The notes under the pieces: generated by a model
Seen by the model: the letters and a program-made list of their open reading frames with translations, nothing else
Database searches by the model: none
What the model was told of the DNA's origin: nothing
In this document: positions 48,153-61,280 of the stretch, piece by piece
How positions within the stretch are numbered: the stretch's first letter is position 1
Layout of the letters: each line of letters opens with the position of its first letter
DNA from: Macrostomum lignano
Lineage: Eukaryota
DNA length: 64,000 nucleotides
Reading direction: 5' to 3'
Assembly: GCA_002269645.1 (NCBI GenBank)
Contig: NIVC01000215.1
Span: 558,001 to 622,000 of the forward strand
Translations under genes and position numbers: made by a program

Positions 48153-48812
48153 CTCTACTCTCATCTCTCTTTTCTCTGCTCTCCCATCTCTCATCTCCTT
48201 TCTACTCTCTCCCCTCTCCATTCTTCTCTTTCCTCTCCTCTCTCCTGTCTCTTCCTTTCTCCTCTCTCCCCTGTGCTCTTGATTCGCTCCCCTCTTCTCT
48301 AATCTCTCCTCACTCCACTTCTCTCTCCATTAGTCTCTCCTCTCTGCTCTCACACATTTCTCTTTTCTATCCTCTATCCTCTCGTCTCTGTAATATCTTC
48401 TCTCTTATCACTTCTCTCTCCTCTGTTCTCTCTATTCTACCATCTGTCGTATGTTCACTATCGTCTCTGCTCTCTCGATCATCTCCCCTCTCTCTTCTGT
48501 CATCTTTACTCTCTTATATGTTCTCAACTCTCTCCTCTATACTCTTTTCTTTCCCCTCTTATGACTCCTCTCTTTCCATCTCTTCTCTCCTCTCTTCTCT
48601 TTCCACTCTCCTCTCGATCTCCTCCTTTATCTCACCTCTCATCTCTCATCTCTCCTTTCTCCTCTTTACGAACGTACTCTGTCCTCTCTGCTCTCCTCTC
48701 TCATCACTCCTCTGTCCTCACTGCTCTCCTCTCTCATCACTCCTCTGTCCTCTCTGCTCTCCTCTCTCATCACTCCTCTGTCCTCTCTGCTCTCCTCTCT
48801 CATCACTCCTCT

Positions 48813-50800
48813 GGCCTCAAAACAGACATTCAATCAGGCTGTGTAAGGTTTTCGTTGCGCAAACTAGATTCCTTTGAGACATTTGAGCTCCAGGCAAACA
48901 TTGTTGAGACTATTTGTCAACCACAGCGATCTGTGAGGGTCAATGAATTCGAACATCTATCCGGCTTGGATTTTGCCGATCTGTCTGACCCACGCGACGG
49001 ACATACTCCGATTTCGATACTGAATGGAACAGATTTCTTCTATCAAATCGTCGGCGACGAGATTATTCGTGGATCCCATGGTCCCGTTGCTTGTGGGGGG
49101 ATTTTCTGACATTTCAAGGCTTACAATGTATAATGCAAAGAGACGCTTACATGTAGTTTATTAAAAAAAATTGTACTGCATTTTTTGGCTCCCCAACGGG
49201 GGGCGCTGATTGCTAGTTTCTTCTAAGCTTGGTTATGTGCTCTGCGGACCATTGAAGCTTAGTATCTCGAAGTGCGATTGGGAACGATCACCGGAGTTAC
49301 AAAGTGTCCTGGAGGTCAACTGCGCATTTACAGCAGCAGTTTGCTGCTTTGTCGATGGCCAAATATCTGTCTCGAAGTCCTTAAATGACGATTTCACTTC
49401 TCTTTGGAGGTTGGACTCAATCGGGATTCTAGATGACCCACATCTTGTTTCGTCCGACGACTTTCCTTGCAACCCACAGCTGCAGATGGACGATATTCTG
49501 TGCAGTGCCCTTGGCGTTTCTCCAAGGAGACGATTAACCTGCGTGACCATTTCGATTTAGCGGCAACTCGGCAACTCGCCGAAGGCGAGCATTCGGCATC
49601 TTCAGCGTAATCCAGCACAGCTAGCGCAGTGTGATGCTATTCTTACCGAACAAGAAGAGCTCGGCATCATCGAGAAAGTTCCAGTCGACGGTAGCGACCA
49701 GTCGCCAAATATCATTCATTATCTACCCACAGCTGCGTCACGAGAAAGAATAGCGAACACACGAAGCTACGCATGGTTTTTGACAGATCAGCAAAGACGG
49801 ACAGCACAGACTTCTCTATCAACGACTTTCTGCTGACGGGGCCTACGTGTTTTCCACTAATTCACCAGATTCTTCTTCGCTTTCGCCTCAAGTCGGTATA
49901 GCTGTACTCGCAGACATTGAAAAAGCATTCCTTCAAATCGGTATTGACTTGCGTGATCGAGACGCTCTTCGGTTCTTGTGGACAGAGATGAAGCCTGACG
50001 AGCCCTACAAAGTCGTACATTATAGATTCTGTCGAGTACCTTTTGGCATAACTTGTTCACCGGCGATTCTACGAGCTACCATATTGCGACACCTTGAACT
50101 GCATCAAGACGATGTTCCGGCAGTTGTAAACATCTTGAAGACTAGCCTGTACGTGGACAATTTAGTCACTTGTTGCTATTCGGATGAAGAAGCCGGCGAG
50201 TTGTACGCTCAGACGAAGCGAATTTTTGCGGAAGCAGGCATGAATATGCGGCAGTGGCAGTCAAATTCCAAGGATTTCATGAAGTCGCTTCCTGTAGCGG
50301 ATTTCGGTAAAACAAAGAAAGTTCTTGGCCTTGCTTGATACCCGGATGAAGACATTTTTCGACTAAGTTCGCTGCAGTGCTTGATTCCGTCGCAGGTCAG
50401 TGGTACTCTAAGAGAACGATGCTTCCACTTTTGTCAAAGCTGTTTGACCCACTTGGGTTCCTAACACCGGCAGTGACGCTGGTCAATTCCTGGTTTCAAC
50501 AGCTTTGCAAGCAGAAAGTCCCACGGGACGATGATCTTCCGAGTGAGATGGCAGCAAAATGGACCCGCTGGTTGGATTCACTCAAGACGTTGAATCTGAA
50601 TCTTCACCGTTGTGTCGTGCTTTAACAATGGCAGTCAAGTCACATTGAAAAGCAATTGCGTGGTTTTTTCTGACGCTAGTGAACGAGCATTTGATGCTGT
50701 CGTGTACCTGAGGGTTATCGATCATGAGCGTCCGGATGTTTCTGCTCATCTTCTCATCGCTAAGGCTCGAGTGGCGCCTGTCGTGTCGTGTCCATCAGCA
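48813..50800 (+). pseudogene. BEL/Pao LTR-retrotransposon pol fragment (protease-RT-RNase H), multiply frameshifted, no LTRs
   Basis: GPVA/SSKLGYVLCG, LADIEKAFLQI, RVPFGITCSP, LYVDN, MNMRQWQSN, KVLGL, FDPLG, FSDASE, AKARVAP. Confidence 0.9.
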
Positions 50801-51795
50801 TTGCTCGGTTGGAGAGAAGAGACGAGAGACGAGAGATAAGAGGGGAAACATTAGAGAAGATAGAAGTTTCAAAGGATCCAAGGGACGTAGGGAGGGGCAG
50901 GGGCAGAGGCCAGAGTTTGCCAATACATGTTTTAGACAGACATTGCCTGACATTTTGTTCTGCGCAGCACCCCAGCCAAGAAGATCAATGCTTGCCTCAA
51001 ATCCTAAATTTACACGAATGTACTCCATTTTATTTTTACCTTTACCCTAGTCATTAACAAGTTTTTGTTGGAGTATGACTTCAGATTTTACAATACAAGC
51101 AAAAGTATAGTCCGTGGATTGGAATTCCCCGGGTTTCAACAGCTTGTTCATTATGATTAAATACGAGCACCTTTAAAACTCTCGCCGTTCCGCTCTGCGT
51201 AGTCTGATGGACTTGAAATTTAACACAGGCGTTTGTTTTGTGTGTAATAATTTTTTCTGTAAATTTTCATGCAAATCCGAGCTGTACAAGTTAGTTTACT
51301 TTGCTGCTTTTGTTAGTAATTGAATATCAATACGAATATCTATGGGGAAACAGATACGTCATCTGGCTCCTGGCTGCATGGGTGAGCCGCCATACATCAT
51401 AATTTGAGCCTTTATAGCACTTATTTTAAAATATAGCTACCATCTAAAGTATCTAAATTTTTTGTAATTATAATTTAAACTTGCAGATGAAAAACTTCAG
51501 TATTAACGTATGTACCAAATCAATTTAGAGATATTTAGCTAACTGACGTTGTTTAAATATATGAAAATTTACACTAGTCGTCATTCACTCCACTCGAGCT
51601 CCCGAGAGTATATGGCTTCAATATTGAGAAAGCAAAATTTGTGTTAATTATTGTTGCATTATTGTTACGTAAATATCTTTTTAAAGTATAGAGAATGTGG
51701 TTAAACGCATATGGTGTCTAACATGTTATGTACCTGAGGAGTACACATGTATGTATACTGTACAAGACACAATTAGGAAACGTCCTTATTAGTCC

Positions 51796-53730
51796 GCACG
51801 ATGTGCGCGACGGTCCACTCGGTGGGCGCGGGGGCGCCGGCGAGCACGCGGTTCATGACGCTTGTGACCTGGGAGGCCACACAACGGAGCCGCAGCGCTT
51901 CGACCGGGACTTCGTCGAGACCGAGCGCCTTGCCGCATGTTTTCCGAGCGAACAGCACAACATCCTCCATGGTGACTGGTCTGGTGCAGAAGTCCTCCTC
52001 AGCTGGGAGCGGCGTGTTCAGTGGGAGCGCAAAGCTGGCGGGCAGCAGCGACGCGGGCGCGTTCACGATGCCGGTGAAGAAGTCGCGCAATTCGTTCCTG
52101 CGCTCCTCCGGGGTGTCACCGGCCAGATTCAGCGCCACGCGCTTTTTGCGCCCCGTCAGAGTCCGGACGGCCGTCAACACTGCGCGGCTCTTTACATCTG
52201 GGCCAGCTGCAGTGATGGACGTAACGGCGTCGTCGACAGCAGCCTGCTGTCGCTCGTCTAGAAGGCGCTCAAACTCGCCGAAGAAGGCAGGGACAACGCG
52301 TAAAGAAGACCACCGCGGGATCTCGCTGATGTCCTGCACCGCGAAGCTCTTCAACCGGCTGCTGCTCGATCGTCTGCAGTCGGTGCTGGACCCGTAACTG
52401 CGGTACGAGCAGAACGGATTCCGGCCGCAACGCGGTACAGTGACACAGATCTTGGCACTCCGCCGTGTCATCGAGGAGGCGCGCATCCGCGAGTCTACGC
52501 TGATAATTGTCTTCGTTGATTTTCGAAAGGCATTTGACTCGGTGCTGAGAGCCGCGCTTCCTTTTGTCCTACGAGCCTACCGAGTACCCCAGCAGCTAGT
52601 CGACGCTGTCATGGCGCTTTATTGCGACACTCAGCCTGTCTGACCTGTTCGACACTTCATGCAGGAGTTCTGCGGGGCGACACGCTGGCGCCGTTCCTCT
52701 TCGTGCTGCTGCTGGACTGGGTGCTTCGGACCGCACTCCCCTCGGCTAATGACGGCTTCCTGCTGCGCAGACGCATCGGTCGCCGCCACGGCGAAAAGCG
52801 CCTAAGCGTGCTTGGCTACGCCAGGTGTTAGCGAAATAGGCGGCAACGCCTCCGCGCTGTTTCCGGACGCACGGAGCCCCCTGCAGCTAAGTCAAGCTAA
52901 GTCAAGTGCTTGGCTACGCCGATGACCTCGCCCTCCTGTCCTCATCCGTTGAAGGCGCCCAGCGCCAGATCGACAGCTAGGCTGGTCGAGGTAGCATGGA
53001 GCATCGGTCTGGTTGTCAACACGCTGAAGACCGAGGTGCTGACTGCGCCGGTCTACATCCCAGCGAACCTGACGTGCCGCGGCGCAGACGGACAGATGAA
53101 CAGGCTCGCACGCTGCCAGCGATTCACCTACCTCGGCGGTCTGGTGCCTCACGTGGAGGAAGACCTCCGGCGGCGCCGAGGACTTGCCTGGGCGGCCTTC
53201 CGTTCGATCCGGGCCGTCATCCAATCCGAAGCGCTGCCCGACCGCCAGAGGGCTCGGCTGTGGCAGGCGGTGGTCGAAACCGCCCTGTTCTACAACGCCG
53301 AGACGTGGACGCTGACGGCTACGCTGGAGCGGCAGCTGGACTCGGCGCACTCAGGACTGCTCCGTGCGACTTTTCGAGCTGACGAGAGCGTCGGGACCGA
53401 GGCCCTGTACGATCGGGCCAAGCTGCAGCGCCCGTCCATCATCCTGCGCCGGCGGCGACTTCAACTGGCGGGCCATGTACGTGATCTGAGCCGAGGGCTA
53501 CTGCCCCCAACCTGTTCAGGACGTCCTGCTGCTCACCTTGCAGGGCCCCCTCAGGCAGGGTCAGGCCCGAACCCGTCGATACGTGGACTGCCTGCTGTGC
53601 GACGCTGGGGCGCCCGACACTGCCAACGGGGCGGACTTTGTTCGCTCCCAGGCTCTGCGGCGCGCCATCTGACGCGCCCTGCTTTAACTGACTTTGCATG
53701 CGGGGTCGCGTATTTTGTTGTTGTTGTTAA
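51796..53730 (+). mobile_element. 5'-truncated, 5'-inverted non-LTR retrotransposon (RTE-like RT), (GTT)n tail
   Basis: Plus strand from 52278: PKKAG..RGISLMS..AKLFNR..QNGFR..FVDFRKAFDSV..GVLRGDTLAP..GYADD..YNAETWTL..LQLAGHV; 51796-52277 encodes the preceding part (GKALGLDEV..EWTVAHIV) on the minus strand. Confidence 0.88.
52823..52905 (+). mobile_element. 83-bp retroposed insertion with 15-bp TSD
   Basis: GTGCTTGGCTACGCC duplicated at 52808-52822 and 52906-52920; ends with a tandem GCTAAGTCAA x2 tail. Confidence 0.82.
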
Positions 53731-53731
53731 A

Positions 53732-53935
<204 letters not shown>

Positions 53936-54379
53936 AACTGTAAATAAGGTATAGTGCCTAAGTCATGCATATTGCTGATAAGGCGAGACCTACTCAAACA
54001 GGTTTCACACTATAAACCACTCCAGTCAGAAGGCTACGTAGCGAGTAGTTTTTCACACAATTTTACTTGCGTCTTTCAATTCAGTGGTGTTAGCGCTGCA
54101 GCGCTAGACCCTACTTTGAAGTTATAGATAAAAACTAGATAGTGCAATTTTTTACAATGCCACCTATGAGCTAAATTGATCTAATTTTTGTGAGTAGATG
54201 GTAACTATTGGAAACCACCGTATACACACAGCGATAGCACTGGCACCACAGTTTGTAACATTTGCCTTCAATTTTTAAACATGAACTAACAATCTGCGCC
54301 CCCCGTTGGGGAGGCAACAAAGAAAGGAATAAAAATGTATTTTTTACCTTTTACAGACGCTATTATTACTCTACAGAGT

Positions 54380-54900
<521 letters not shown>

Positions 54901-55817
54901 CCAAAAGGGTCTTTAAAAAGCAAAAGCAATGGTCCAGACCGCGAAAGATCGTTAACATCGCACTCAGCGGAAATGAATAGCTATTTTGCACACACATGCT
55001 AACTACTTAATACATGAACCTGACCCTGTGCCCCATAACAGTTTGCTGCAGTTTGCGATCTGCCCAAAAAGCAAACGCAGCTACGCAGACGCCCTCATCA
55101 ACCCGAGCCCTTTAATAGGTCGATTGTATTGGCTAAAGCAGCATTGCAACTGTGCCGATTTATGAGAAAGTGCCTATTAACTAGGCCAGATAAAATGAAT
55201 GAATTCCTGCTTACAGAATGCGTCATGCAACCAAGCTAGCTGTTTTGTTAAGGAAAACAATTCTGTAAAATTTAACGTAATGTAAAGTATGTATATCCGT
55301 GTCATGTCATGTATAAGAAAATCGCAAAAGGCTTCGATCAAAAAATGGCGGATACCCCCCCCCCCCGGTTAGGAAAGGTTAGGAAAGGTGAACACTTTAA
55401 ATCTTTAACTGCAGTTCTCAATCTACGCAAATTTTGGCTTCTCATCTCAGAAATTTCTATCGTCGACGTTGGCTTAAGTTGATAAGAGATTCGCGGGGCA
55501 ATGATACGAACCGTTTTATCTACTATTAAGGTAGCTTTTTATCGCTATCGAAGTGGCACACTGACTTTTAGCGGTTGAAAAGCGCCGATTGGTTCGCTAT
55601 AGAGCCAGTCTTGCTGGGTAATATATTTTAATATATGCTAACTATAAGCAAACTTTGAAATTGTATATAGGGTGCCCTAGCAACCCATGTTACAATTATA
55701 CAAGATCGAAAATTTACGATTTGTAAATTGAAACTCTAAAACCTGTGAAGATCTGTTGAGAGTGAATTGGTTTATCAAAAAGACAAAAATAAGCAAGCGA
55801 CAGGTGGTACCGCAGCT

Positions 55818-55847
55818 ATGCCGGCTGTTAATCAAGTTCTACCGCTT
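55818..55847 (+). CDS. SLC28: Putative SLC28 exon 1 (MPAVNQVLPL)
   Basis: ATG followed after 30 nt by a GTGAGT donor in phase 0 that joins exon 2 in frame; no homology support. Confidence 0.5.
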
Positions 55848-55989
55848 GTGAGTTCATTTAATACTTTTATTATTAGTGCCTACATGCGTGAGTAGTGTTT
55901 TATGAGAAATGACTTAAATTGACTGACTTTTAGTCATTCTTGCATCTCTGGTTGCCGAATGATGCATGACTACTCTATGAGTAGACGAA

Positions 55990-56693
55990 TGATTCACCTT
56001 CTGACCAGACGTATGATTAACCTTCTGACGCAGACGTATGATTAACCTTCTGACCAGACGGATGCTTAACCTTATGAGCAGACGGATGATTAACCTTATG
56101 AGCAGACGAGTGATTAACCTTATGAGCAGACGGATGGTTAACCTTATGAGCAGACGGATGATTAAGTTATAAGCAGACGAATGATTAACCTTATGAACAG
56201 ACGGATGATTAACTTATGAGCAGACGGATGATTAAGCTTATGAGCAGACGGTCGATTAAACTTATAAGCAGACGGATGATTAACCTTATGAGCAGACGGA
56301 TGATTAACCTTATGAGCAGTCGGACGATTAACCTTATGAGCAGACGGATGATTAACTTATGAGCAGACGGATGATTAACTTATGAGCAGACGGATGATTA
56401 ACTTATGAGCAGACGGATGATTAAGCTTATGAGCAGACGACTGATCACCAGCTCATGAGCAGACGGATGATTAACCTTATGAGCAGACGGATGATTAACC
56501 TTATGAGCAGACGGATCATTAACTTTATGAGCAGACGGATGATTAACCTTATGAGCAGACGGATGATTAACCTTATGAGCAGACGGATGATTAACCTTAT
56601 GAGCAGACGGATGATTAACCATATGAGCAGACGGATGATTAACCATATGAGCAGACGGATGATCACCAGCTTTATGAGCAGACGAATAAACAG
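55990..56693. repeat. 24-bp minisatellite (CCTTATGAGCAGACGGATGATTAA)n, SLC28 intron 1
   Basis: Direct periodicity. Confidence 0.94.
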
Positions 56694-57374
56694 CCTTATG
56701 AGCAGAGCAATAAATCCCCGTCCGATTGCTCACCACCGCCCCAGACGGAACGTCCCAATGGCGACAACAACACCGCAGCGAACTCCAAGACGATTCCACA
56801 AGACGATGAGGTCGCGCCAGAGCTGGCCACAGTTGTTGAACTAGAAGAGAAACCCAACGAGGATATGGTAGAGTTCTGTCAGGACGAATTCCACGATCTC
56901 GACTACACTGTTGAAGGCAAATGCGCCCAGACGGTGGACAGCTGCATGCGATCTGTACAGTCCAAGCTGTCGGCGAGCCTGCCAGTGTTAAAGTACATTC
57001 TGGCCGGCTTAGCAGTGGCAGCATATTTTGCCTACTTTGGCTACTCAATGTACTGCAGTTTCGGTGACGAAGGCAGTCTCAGGCTGCTGTGGCTGACCTG
57101 CGGCGTTGTGTTCTTTGCTGGCGTGTACTTTTTCAAGCGATTCTTTGGCGAAAAGTTCTACAATGCGGTGCTGGCTAAACCAATTGAGTCTTGCAGCAAA
57201 TTTATTGATCAACATTCGACAATATTTTCAATTGTTGGTACTGTGGCATTTCTGGCGTACTTCTTTGGATTTATCATTGGAATTGGCAGTCAGAATAGCG
57301 GAAACCTGATCTCAGGTGTCGGTGTGCTCACTATCATACTGATCACTCTGTTGCTGTCCGCACACCCCACCAGG
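56694..57374 (+). CDS. SLC28: Concentrative nucleoside transporter (CNT/SLC28) exon 2
   Basis: Open frame from AAACAG acceptor; YFAYFGYSMY..FGDEGSLRLLWLT..NLISGVGV..LLLSAHP typical of the CNT N-terminal TM region; AGG/GTGAGT donor. Confidence 0.85.
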
Positions 57375-57394
57375 GTGAGTGCAGCTGGCGATTC

Positions 57395-58170
57395 TCTTCA
57401 GGGGTATTCTTGAGATGATTCTCTTCAGGGGGTATTCTTGAGACGATTCTCTTCAGGGAGTATTCTTGAGATGATTCTCTTCAGGGGGTATTCTTGAGAT
57501 GATTCTCTTCAGGGGGTATTCTTGAGATGATTCTCTTCAGGGGGTATTCTTGAGATGATTCTCTTCAAGGGGTATTCGTGAGATGATTCTCTTCAGGGGG
57601 TATTCTTGAGATGATTCTCTTCAGGGGGTAATCTTGAGACGATTCCCTTCAGGGGGTATTCTTGAGGCGATTCTCTTCAGGGGGTATTTGTGAGGCGATT
57701 CTCCTCTGGGTGTATTCTTTAGGCGCCTTAGAGATTGTCTTCAGGGATAAGCTTGATGTGATTCTCCTCAGGGGTAAGCCTGAGGCGATTCTTTTCAGGG
57801 CAAGGCCTGAGGCGATTCTCTTCAGGGGAAAGCCTGAAGCGATTCTCTTCAGGGGAAAACCTGATTTGATTCTCTTCAGGGGGTAGATGCCTGGGGCGAT
57901 TCTCTTCAGGGGGTAGGCCTGAGGCGATTCTCTTCAGGGGGGTAGGCCTGAGGCGACTCTCTTCAGGGGGTAGGCCTGAGGCGATTCTCTTCAGGGGGTA
58001 GATGCCTGAGGCGATTCTCTTCAGGGGGTAGATGCCTGAGGCGATTCTCTTCAGGGATAAGCCTGAGGCGATCCTCTTCAGAGGAAAAGCCTGAGGCGAT
58101 TCTCAGGCCTGAAGCAATTGTCTTCAGTTGCAGGCCTGAGGTGATTCTCTTCAGGGGATGAGCCTGAGAA
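57395..58170. repeat. ~28-bp minisatellite (GATTCTCTTCAGGGGGTATTCTTGAGAT grading to CCTGAGGCGATTCTCTTCAGGGG), SLC28 intron 2
   Basis: Direct periodicity. Confidence 0.92.
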
Positions 58171-58312
58171 TTTTTCAAGCTGTTTCTTTTCAGACTAGTT
58201 TTCAATATCTCGCAATGAAATCAAGCTAGCGGTGCATGTGGCCGCCTCTGAAAGAGTGTTACATAAATTTTGAAGTACTTATGGTTGTCTCGGGGTGGCC
58301 TGGTAGGTCTTT

Positions 58313-59015
58313 GAATCCCACCGCTGCCACCAATGTTGTACCTGTGCTTCTCCTGCTGTCTAGCACAGTGATTTGGACTAGACTAAGGAAGCACTACAAG
58401 AAGAAGAATGACAAGAATACGAAGAATACAAATTCGACAGCTAGGAGACTAAGAAGACAAGTTCCTTGACTGAACCAAGGGTGAGGGGCACGTATTTATA
58501 GGCAGAAAATCCCACTGCACCAGTGTGCGCCGGACCTCGTGACTCTGGTCTATTTTTAGAACTGACGTCACTCTCTGCCTTAGAGAAGACAGGGTCTGCG
58601 GGTAAAGTGCACAGGGCCGCATGGATCAGTATCTATTTTTAGAAACATGAGTCACCTATTACCTTAGAGAAGGCAAGGGCCCCGAAGCACGTGATTCCTC
58701 CTGTAAACACGGGCCAACGAGTGCAGTAAACATATTTACTGCACTCTATGACTTCGAGAGAACAAGACTTGTCCCAGGTGACTTGCTCACATGATAAGGG
58801 AAACAGGCCGCCAGCGTGACCTCAGGAGTCAGGACAGGAACGAAACGCAGAGCAGGCCACAGCAGAGAAGCCATGGCTGCAAGCAAGAGCGCAGAGAAGG
58901 GGGGCGCCAGAGAACAACAGGCAGCAAAGGGGAGGGAGGCTGCCCAGCGGTAGACAGCAACCCAGGGCGAGGGCGAGGGCGAAGGAAGCTGCTGACAATA
59001 GTGCGACGCCTAACA
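58313..59015 (-). mobile_element. 5' LTR (58334-59015, TG..CA) plus tRNA-Leu-type PBS of a truncated LTR retrotransposon, antisense in SLC28 intron 2
   Basis: Minus strand TGTTAGGCG...GTACAACA, TATAAATA box, then TGGTGGCAGCGGTGGGATTC, complementary to a tRNA-Leu 3' end. Confidence 0.8.
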
Positions 59016-59479
59016 CCAAACTAGCGGATCACTAAAATTTTGTGCTAGAATTACCAACTGAAATCAAAGCCAGCCGATGCAGTCAGAGTCTAACAGATTC
59101 AAGCGATATGATTTAATGATGATAAAACATTTTCACGCACTTAAAGTCAGGCCAATTGCACCCGATATTTATTTATCAAAGAGAAAGGCCAGTTTTTCTG
59201 GCAAATACCTTGGTGTAGCAACATTTGGCATCTACAAGTGCAATGCACAGTGAAGTTCCACGCGGGTTTTGCAATTTTTGAGGTGCATGCAAATCAGGGA
59301 CTTTTAGAACTTTTTTAGACTGATTTGAGTGACCTTCTGTAGTCTCTTTTTAAAATCGTCATAGAACTTCACCTTGTATTTGCTTAGGAATCCTTAAAGA
59401 CCGTTCGGGAAATCCCCTCAGCGACCTTCTTGGGAATCTTTTAAAAGCCACCTAAAAATGATTTATTAACCATTGTGTC

Positions 59480-60790
59480 AATCCCATTTTTAACTACCAT
59501 TTGAATCCCCCTAGAAGCTACCTTGAGAAGCCTCCTGGGAACTACCTTGAGAATCCCTCTAGAAACTACCTTCTGAATCCCCTTAGAAACTACCTTGGGA
59601 ATCCAAGGGAATCCCTCTGGAAACTACCTTGAGAATCCCCCTAGAAACTACCTTGAGAATCTCATTGGAAACTGTTGTCTAGGGACAAAATTATTAGTCA
59701 AGTTGACAGTGCATTGCATTGGATATATTTCTACTAAATTATTTTCTTAGCGTATTTTCCTTATGTTTCTACTGTCAGTAAAGTATCAAAAAGGTTCTGT
59801 GCACTTTATGCTAGGTATTTTTGTCTATTTTTGTAATAATTTATCGATTTGTTAGCTTTTAAATACGGTATTAAGTGGCGTGTCAGCCAAGTATATATAA
59901 ATAATCACCCCTCCCCCATTCACCCCTCTTTCATATTGGAGTGGTCCATATAAGTATTTCTGAAGTACTCGTAGCTCATTAACTTCTTCACTGCAACTGC
60001 AATGCTCAGCAGAAGCCACTTTGGGAATCTCCTTAGAAACTCCCTTGGGAATCCCTCCAGATACCACCTTGGGAATCCCCCTAGAAACCACCTTTGGAAT
60101 ATCATTAAAAACCACTGCGCCTTGGGAATCCCTCTAGAAACCACCTTGGAAACCCACCTAGAAACCACCTTGGGAATCCCCCCCCTAGAAACCATGTTCG
60201 GAATCCCTTTAGAAACAATCCTGGGAAACTCTGTATAAACTACATGTATACTTGGGAATCCCCTAGAAACCACCTTGGGAATCCCTCTCGAAACCACCTT
60301 GGGAATCCCTCTCGAAACCACCTTGGGAATCCCTCTCGAAACCACCTTGGGAATCCCTCTCGAAACCACCTTGGGAATCCCTCTCGAAACCACCTTGGGA
60401 ATCCCTCTCGAAACCACCTTGGGAATCCCTCTCGAAACCACCTTGGGAATCCCTCTCGAAACCACCTTGGGAATCCCTCTCGAAACCACCTTGGGAATCC
60501 CTCTCGAAACCACCTTAGGAATCTCATTCGAAATCACCTTACTTGAGAATCTCCTTAAAAACCACAATGGGAATCCCCTAGAAACCACCTTGGGAATCCC
60601 CTAGAAACCACCCTGGGAATCCCCTAGAAACCACCCTGGGAATCCCCTAGAAACCACCCTGGGAATCCCCTAGAAACCACCCTGGGAATCCCCTAGAAAC
60701 CACCCTGGGAATCCCCTATAAACCACCCTGGGAATCCCCTAGAAACCACCCTGGGAATCCCCTAGAAACCACCTTATGAAACGCTTTAGA
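59480..60790. repeat. 23-24-bp minisatellite (GGGAATCCCTCTCGAAACCACCTT)n in two blocks (59480-59670 degenerate; 60020-60790)
   Basis: Direct periodicity. Confidence 0.9.
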
Positions 60791-60904
60791 AACAACTTTG
60801 GGAATTCTCTAAGGAGTTCCTTGGATCCTTTCCAACCGAAGGATATCAGCAGCCAGCCAGAGCTGCCCTGACTTCATCCCAAAATCCCAAAATGACTTTC
60901 GCAG

Positions 60905-61096
60905 GTGAACTGGCGACCAGTCATGGGTGGTCTGACCATCCAGATCACCTTTGCCGCGCTGCTCCTGCGAACCCAGCCCGGTTATCAAGCATTCAGCTTC
61001 GTTGGCGACCGAGTAGCCGAATTCATTCAGCACGTTGACGCCGGAGCGGAATTCGTATTTGGCGCAGATTTTCGTGATCATTTCTTTGCGTTTTCG
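60905..61096 (+). CDS. SLC28: SLC28 exon 3
   Basis: VNWRPVMGGLTIQITFAALLLRT..GAEFVFG..HFFAFS (Nucleos_tra2_N-like); GCAG acceptor, GTGAGT donor, 192 nt. Confidence 0.93.
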
Positions 61097-61280
61097 GTGA
61101 GTGGGTCCGTCGCACAGAGGGCTGTCATGCGGTTTACAGCCATGAGGGCCAACCTCCAAGGCACAGAAAATGTGCATACCTGGCGATTGCAATTGAAAGT
61201 CAAGGCCGCTGTACACTCCGTGTGAGCGTTTTGAATCGGTGGAAAGAGCAAGACCGCTTGCTTGCTTCATAGTGGCTGCG

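Larger units (their letters stand above)
46362..51359. mobile_element. Long-TIR (foldback/Mutator-like) element, ~5 kb, enclosing a CT-rich tract and a BEL/Pao pol fragment
   Basis: Arms 47262-47782 and 50811-51337 are reverse complements with about a dozen differences; outermost ACGTATC(T)GTTTCCCCATAGAT at 46362 and 51359; imperfect 9-bp flank repeat ATACTGGCT/CATCTGGCT. Confidence 0.68.

Noticed and set aside
58313-58332. tRNA-Leu gene
   Set aside because: Only the 3' 20 nt including CCA are present, directly adjacent to an LTR end; it is a primer-binding site
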